Shown: positions 37,434-40,806 of the stretch, piece after piece
Layout: the number at the start of each line of letters is the position of its first letter
Position numbering within the stretch: the stretch's first letter is position 1
NCBI RefSeq assembly: GCF_001194135.2
Contig: NC_068983.1
Span: 128,244,237-128,285,042, forward strand
Length of the DNA: 40,806 nucleotides
DNA from: Octopus bimaculoides
Taxonomy: Eukaryota
Direction of reading: 5' to 3'
The notes under the pieces: model-generated
Told to the model about the DNA's origin: nothing
The model's database searches: none
What the model saw: the letters and a program-made list of their open reading frames with translations, nothing else
Translations under genes and position numbers: made by a program

Positions 37434-37494
37434 GTTACTGACTCAACGTTCCTTACCTTACTGTTACTCACTCACAGTTCCTTACCTTACTGTT
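37434..37494. repeat. 29-bp tandem duplication
   Basis: gttactgactcaacgttccttaccttact (37434-37462) and gttactcactcacagttccttaccttact (37463-37491); 3 differences. Confidence 0.9.
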
Positions 37495-37841
37495 TAAAAA
37501 CTATAACATCCACTTAAAATTTATACCAAACAGTCTTTGACTTGTAACCTGATACTGTAAATCTTAATCTAGCTACAGCAATTTCGACTCTATATATTTC
37601 AACTACCATTGTTACATTCTCATTTTCCTTTGATTAGTCCAGAATTGACAGAACGAGTTAGGATGTATGTTAAAAAGATTTAATATATCTAAATGAGCTA
37701 TAACACTTATTTGTTTTGTTTTTGTTTTTTTTTTCTCAGTGTTTCTAAAACAATTACCACAATTCTTTTCATGTCATTGTATATTTGCTTTCAATTGATG
37801 TTTATATGAAATAACTTATAAGAACCTCTAACCAATTTGTA

Positions 37842-37910
<69 letters not shown>

Positions 37911-38944
37911 CACACATGTATGTATGTGTGTATGTATGTTCACAAACACATGCACACACACGTGTGTGTGTGTGTGTGTGTGTATGTGTGTATCACCAAT
38001 TTATTGTCTAATTTTCATGCTTAGATCAAGTTTATTAAAGCAGATATTTGATGGAAGGATGACATTCCTGTTATCAAACCCCACCTATATCCAAGCAAGT
38101 TAATAATTCTGACAGAATATTAGAAATGAATCACAATGGTTGTATAATAATGAAAGTCAATTATTATCTTCACACGACAGCATAAGAAGGTGACACAAAC
38201 ATTCATACAAACATGCATATATACTTACATACAGACACATAATGTCAGTCTATGACTATAGGTATGTGTTAGTGTATCTCCATCCATGACATTGCATGAA
38301 ATTTGTGAGATCATCATTGTCATACATGCAATGTCCTACATTTCTAAGAATCTGTAAAACAAATCTGGTTATCAGAAAATATTACCTTGCTTGTACACGG
38401 AAGACTGTAGACCAAAGAACGGGCATCTATCTATAGAATAACAGTTTCAATAAATTCCATCTGACCCATGCAGACATGGAAAATTTGAATTTAAAATGAT
38501 GATGGTGATGATAATTTCACATAGTAAAATATAGATCTATATAATGTTGATAGGATTAAAATTCAATCTCTGTCCTCTTGACACACATGCTTATTCCAGT
38601 ATTCTAAATATGTACGTAGATGTAATACTCGTGTATGCTTGAGAGTTGAAAGCACTGGAAAATACTTTTGCAGAGTAATAATATATGGAAAAGAGGATTG
38701 TCTTCAGCATTACACATGTTTTATTTGCTTATAGGCGTTAAAAAATTGTACATGTAGTAAAAACATAAAATATCTCCTATTAGAAATTCTTCAGACAAGC
38801 AATCATATAAAATTATTTGTATTATTTGATTCCCAATCTGAAGTTATTCTAATACTAGTTACCTCACATGATTTCTACTACTAACTCCTGTTAGCAAATG
38901 AAACAAGTGTATTAGTGATTAAATAAGGCTCAAAGTTATTCCAA

Positions 38945-39490
38945 TATCCTGCACACTGCTGCACTTGCCCCTCACCACCACCCTCACAGGCACCGATCAT
39001 CATCCCTATCATATCACTGACTCCTTTACCTGCACTTCTAGCAATATCATTTACTGCACCTCCTGCTCTTTCTGTCCTTCTCTGTACATCAGTCAAATTA
39101 GACACCACTTGGCTGACTGGTTCGTGGAGCACCTCCAAGACATTAGACTCAGCAATGACACCCCAGTCTCACACCATTTCCACTCTACCATACTTACGCA
39201 CTCTCACATACACACACACACATACCTTCGTTTTGGAACCACCAGAACTTTATTATCTCCCTTTCTTCCTTGCTCTCCTGTCTAACTATCTGTGTCCAAC
39301 CAATCGCCAAGATTTACTGCTAAATCCACAAGTTTGTTTAATTCTCTCTCTGTTTATTTCCTCGTATTTCTTTCTGTTGAAGAATGTCGGTTCGAAACAT
39401 AAAAGACTTTCTCACTTTCCTGAGCATCAAACTAATACACCTGCTTATTGTTTATACATCTCTCTACGTCTTTTGTTTTTCTGTAAATTT
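38945..39490 (+). mobile_element. Penelope-like element 3' relic of a second lineage: GIY-YIG endonuclease plus pseudo-LTR
   Basis: CCTCP...HITDSFTCTSSNIIYCTSCSFCPSLYISQIRHHLADWFVEHLQDIR...PVSHHF matches FTC.SSN.IYC..C..C..LYIG....L..RF.EH. Confidence 0.85.
39369..39406 (+). ncRNA. Degenerate minimal type I hammerhead-ribozyme-like motif in the PLE pseudo-LTR
   Basis: TCTTT (stem I) - CTGTTGA-A - GAAT[GTCG]GTTC (stem II) - GAAAC - ATA - AAAGA (stem I'). The topology matches, but the core has U at A6 and an extra A. Confidence 0.5.
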
Positions 39491-39491
39491 C

Positions 39492-39530
<39 letters not shown>

Positions 39531-40532
39531 AACGTGTGTGTGTATGTGTGTATGCATTTGTATGTATGTAAATATATGTGTGTGTGTGTGTGTATTTCAT
39601 TATCACTTTTATTTCACCATGGAACTTGAAGTAGATTAAACTGTTTATAATAGAATGTAGAATATTGGCTTAAAACATTCCTTGGATCATAAAGTCAAAG
39701 GCACCCTTCAACATTTTATTATCAAAGAGTTTGAAATTTCTCAAAACTTCTAAAGTTCTTATATAAACGTGTATAAATATTTACCATTTACATCATATGT
39801 ATATATGTATAAACTTATATATATATGTATATACAAGTCTACACACACATACATGAAAATTTGCTTATATGTATGTGTATGTATGTCTGTGAATGTGTGC
39901 ATGTGCACAAGTGTCTATAACACTTAGATACACATTGTTACTTGTTAACTCATAAATTTACTGATATTTCAAAACAAAATGTTTTCGTATTGTAGCAGCA
40001 AACGATATGTAGCACCTGTTGTAGCTGTGTAAGTTTTAAGTTTGTTTATAAGTAAATTCAAATATACATAAATCTTTAAGTACTAATGTTTTTTCCCTTT
40101 TCTTTTTATCAAGAAATAAATTCAGGATAATACACATATGTTCGCGCAGTAATACAACAACTTATGTTTATTAAAAAATTATGTAAGCTGACAGTTTCCC
40201 AGAAAATTGCTTCTTACAATAAATTGAATTCCAACAAAAATAATCATGTAAAATAGAAATCAGATGAAATATTATTAGATTAAAATGGGTAGGAGCATGT
40301 GTTTAAATGCTGTTCTAAGTAAGAATATTTTTTATATCCATTCTTAGCTAATCTGCTCTTGATGAAATTCTATATAAACTTGGGTTCACTGTGCTTCATG
40401 AGCTACAAGGAAATAAATGTTACATCACATATGGTAATCTATTTACTTCTTAAATATAATGATAGTTACAATAAATTTAAAACAGCGGAACCTTTTCTAA
40501 GAATAACACGATAAATATCTTTATGCATATAT

Positions 40533-40806
40533 CCATCGCTTACGACGTCGAAGGTTCCAGTTGATCCGATCAACGGAACAGCCTGCTCGTGAAATGAACG
40601 TGCAAGTGGCTGAGTACTCCACAGACACGTGCACCCTTAACGTAGTTCTCGGGTATATTCAGCGTGACACAGTGTGACAAGGCTAACCCTTTGAATTACA
40701 GGCACAACAGAAACAGGAAGTAAGAGAGAGAGAAAGTTGTGGTGAAAGAGTACAGCAGGGTTCGCCACGATCCCCTGCCGGAGCCTCGTCGAGCTTTAGG
40801 TGTTTT
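40533..40806 (-). mobile_element. Young CpG-rich SINE-like element (family D), cut by the window end
   Basis: 40545-40700 aligns with 24757-24915 and retains CpGs; it then diverges into a different module. Confidence 0.75.

Noticed and set aside
38288-38335. 11-bp inverted repeat gacattgcatg / catgcaatgtc with a 26-nt loop
   Set aside because: About one such match is expected by chance in a window this size when loops of tens of nt are allowed.

Overview
Eukaryotic, very AT-rich window with 11 assembly gaps, most flanked by (TA)n or (TTA)n tracts. It is made almost entirely of decayed retroelements, SINEs and microsatellites. The SINE families look like those I recall from octopus genomes, so an octopod cephalopod source is inferred but not proven. 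No intact protein-coding gene, rRNA, true tRNA gene or CRISPR array is visible. Most of the supplied ORFs are microsatellite or N-gap artefacts. Recognisable content: (1) four Penelope-like (PLE) remnants, all on +, including a ~1.7 kb RT plus GIY-YIG relic at 28400-30110 and an endonuclease relic at 38945-39490 followed by a hammerhead-ribozyme-like motif; (2) three RTE-type and three to four CR1/L2-type LINE relics, all on -; (3) about 20 copies or fragments of several tRNA-derived SINE-like families; (4) a hAT MITE with TIRs and 8-bp TSD, and a mariner end fragment. The most notable unexplained structures are several fold-backs: ~330-bp arms at 1718-2444, 67-bp arms at 17814-17959, 77-bp arms with one mismatch at 25957-26171, and a tandem-duplicated hairpin at 11238-11296. 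There is also an in-frame TGA at a conserved Cys of a PLE endonuclease (1100-1102) and one plausible but unverified exon on - (1245-1351). I found no clear evidence of a new multi-gene system. All alignments were made by eye and element boundaries are approximate unless stated as exact.
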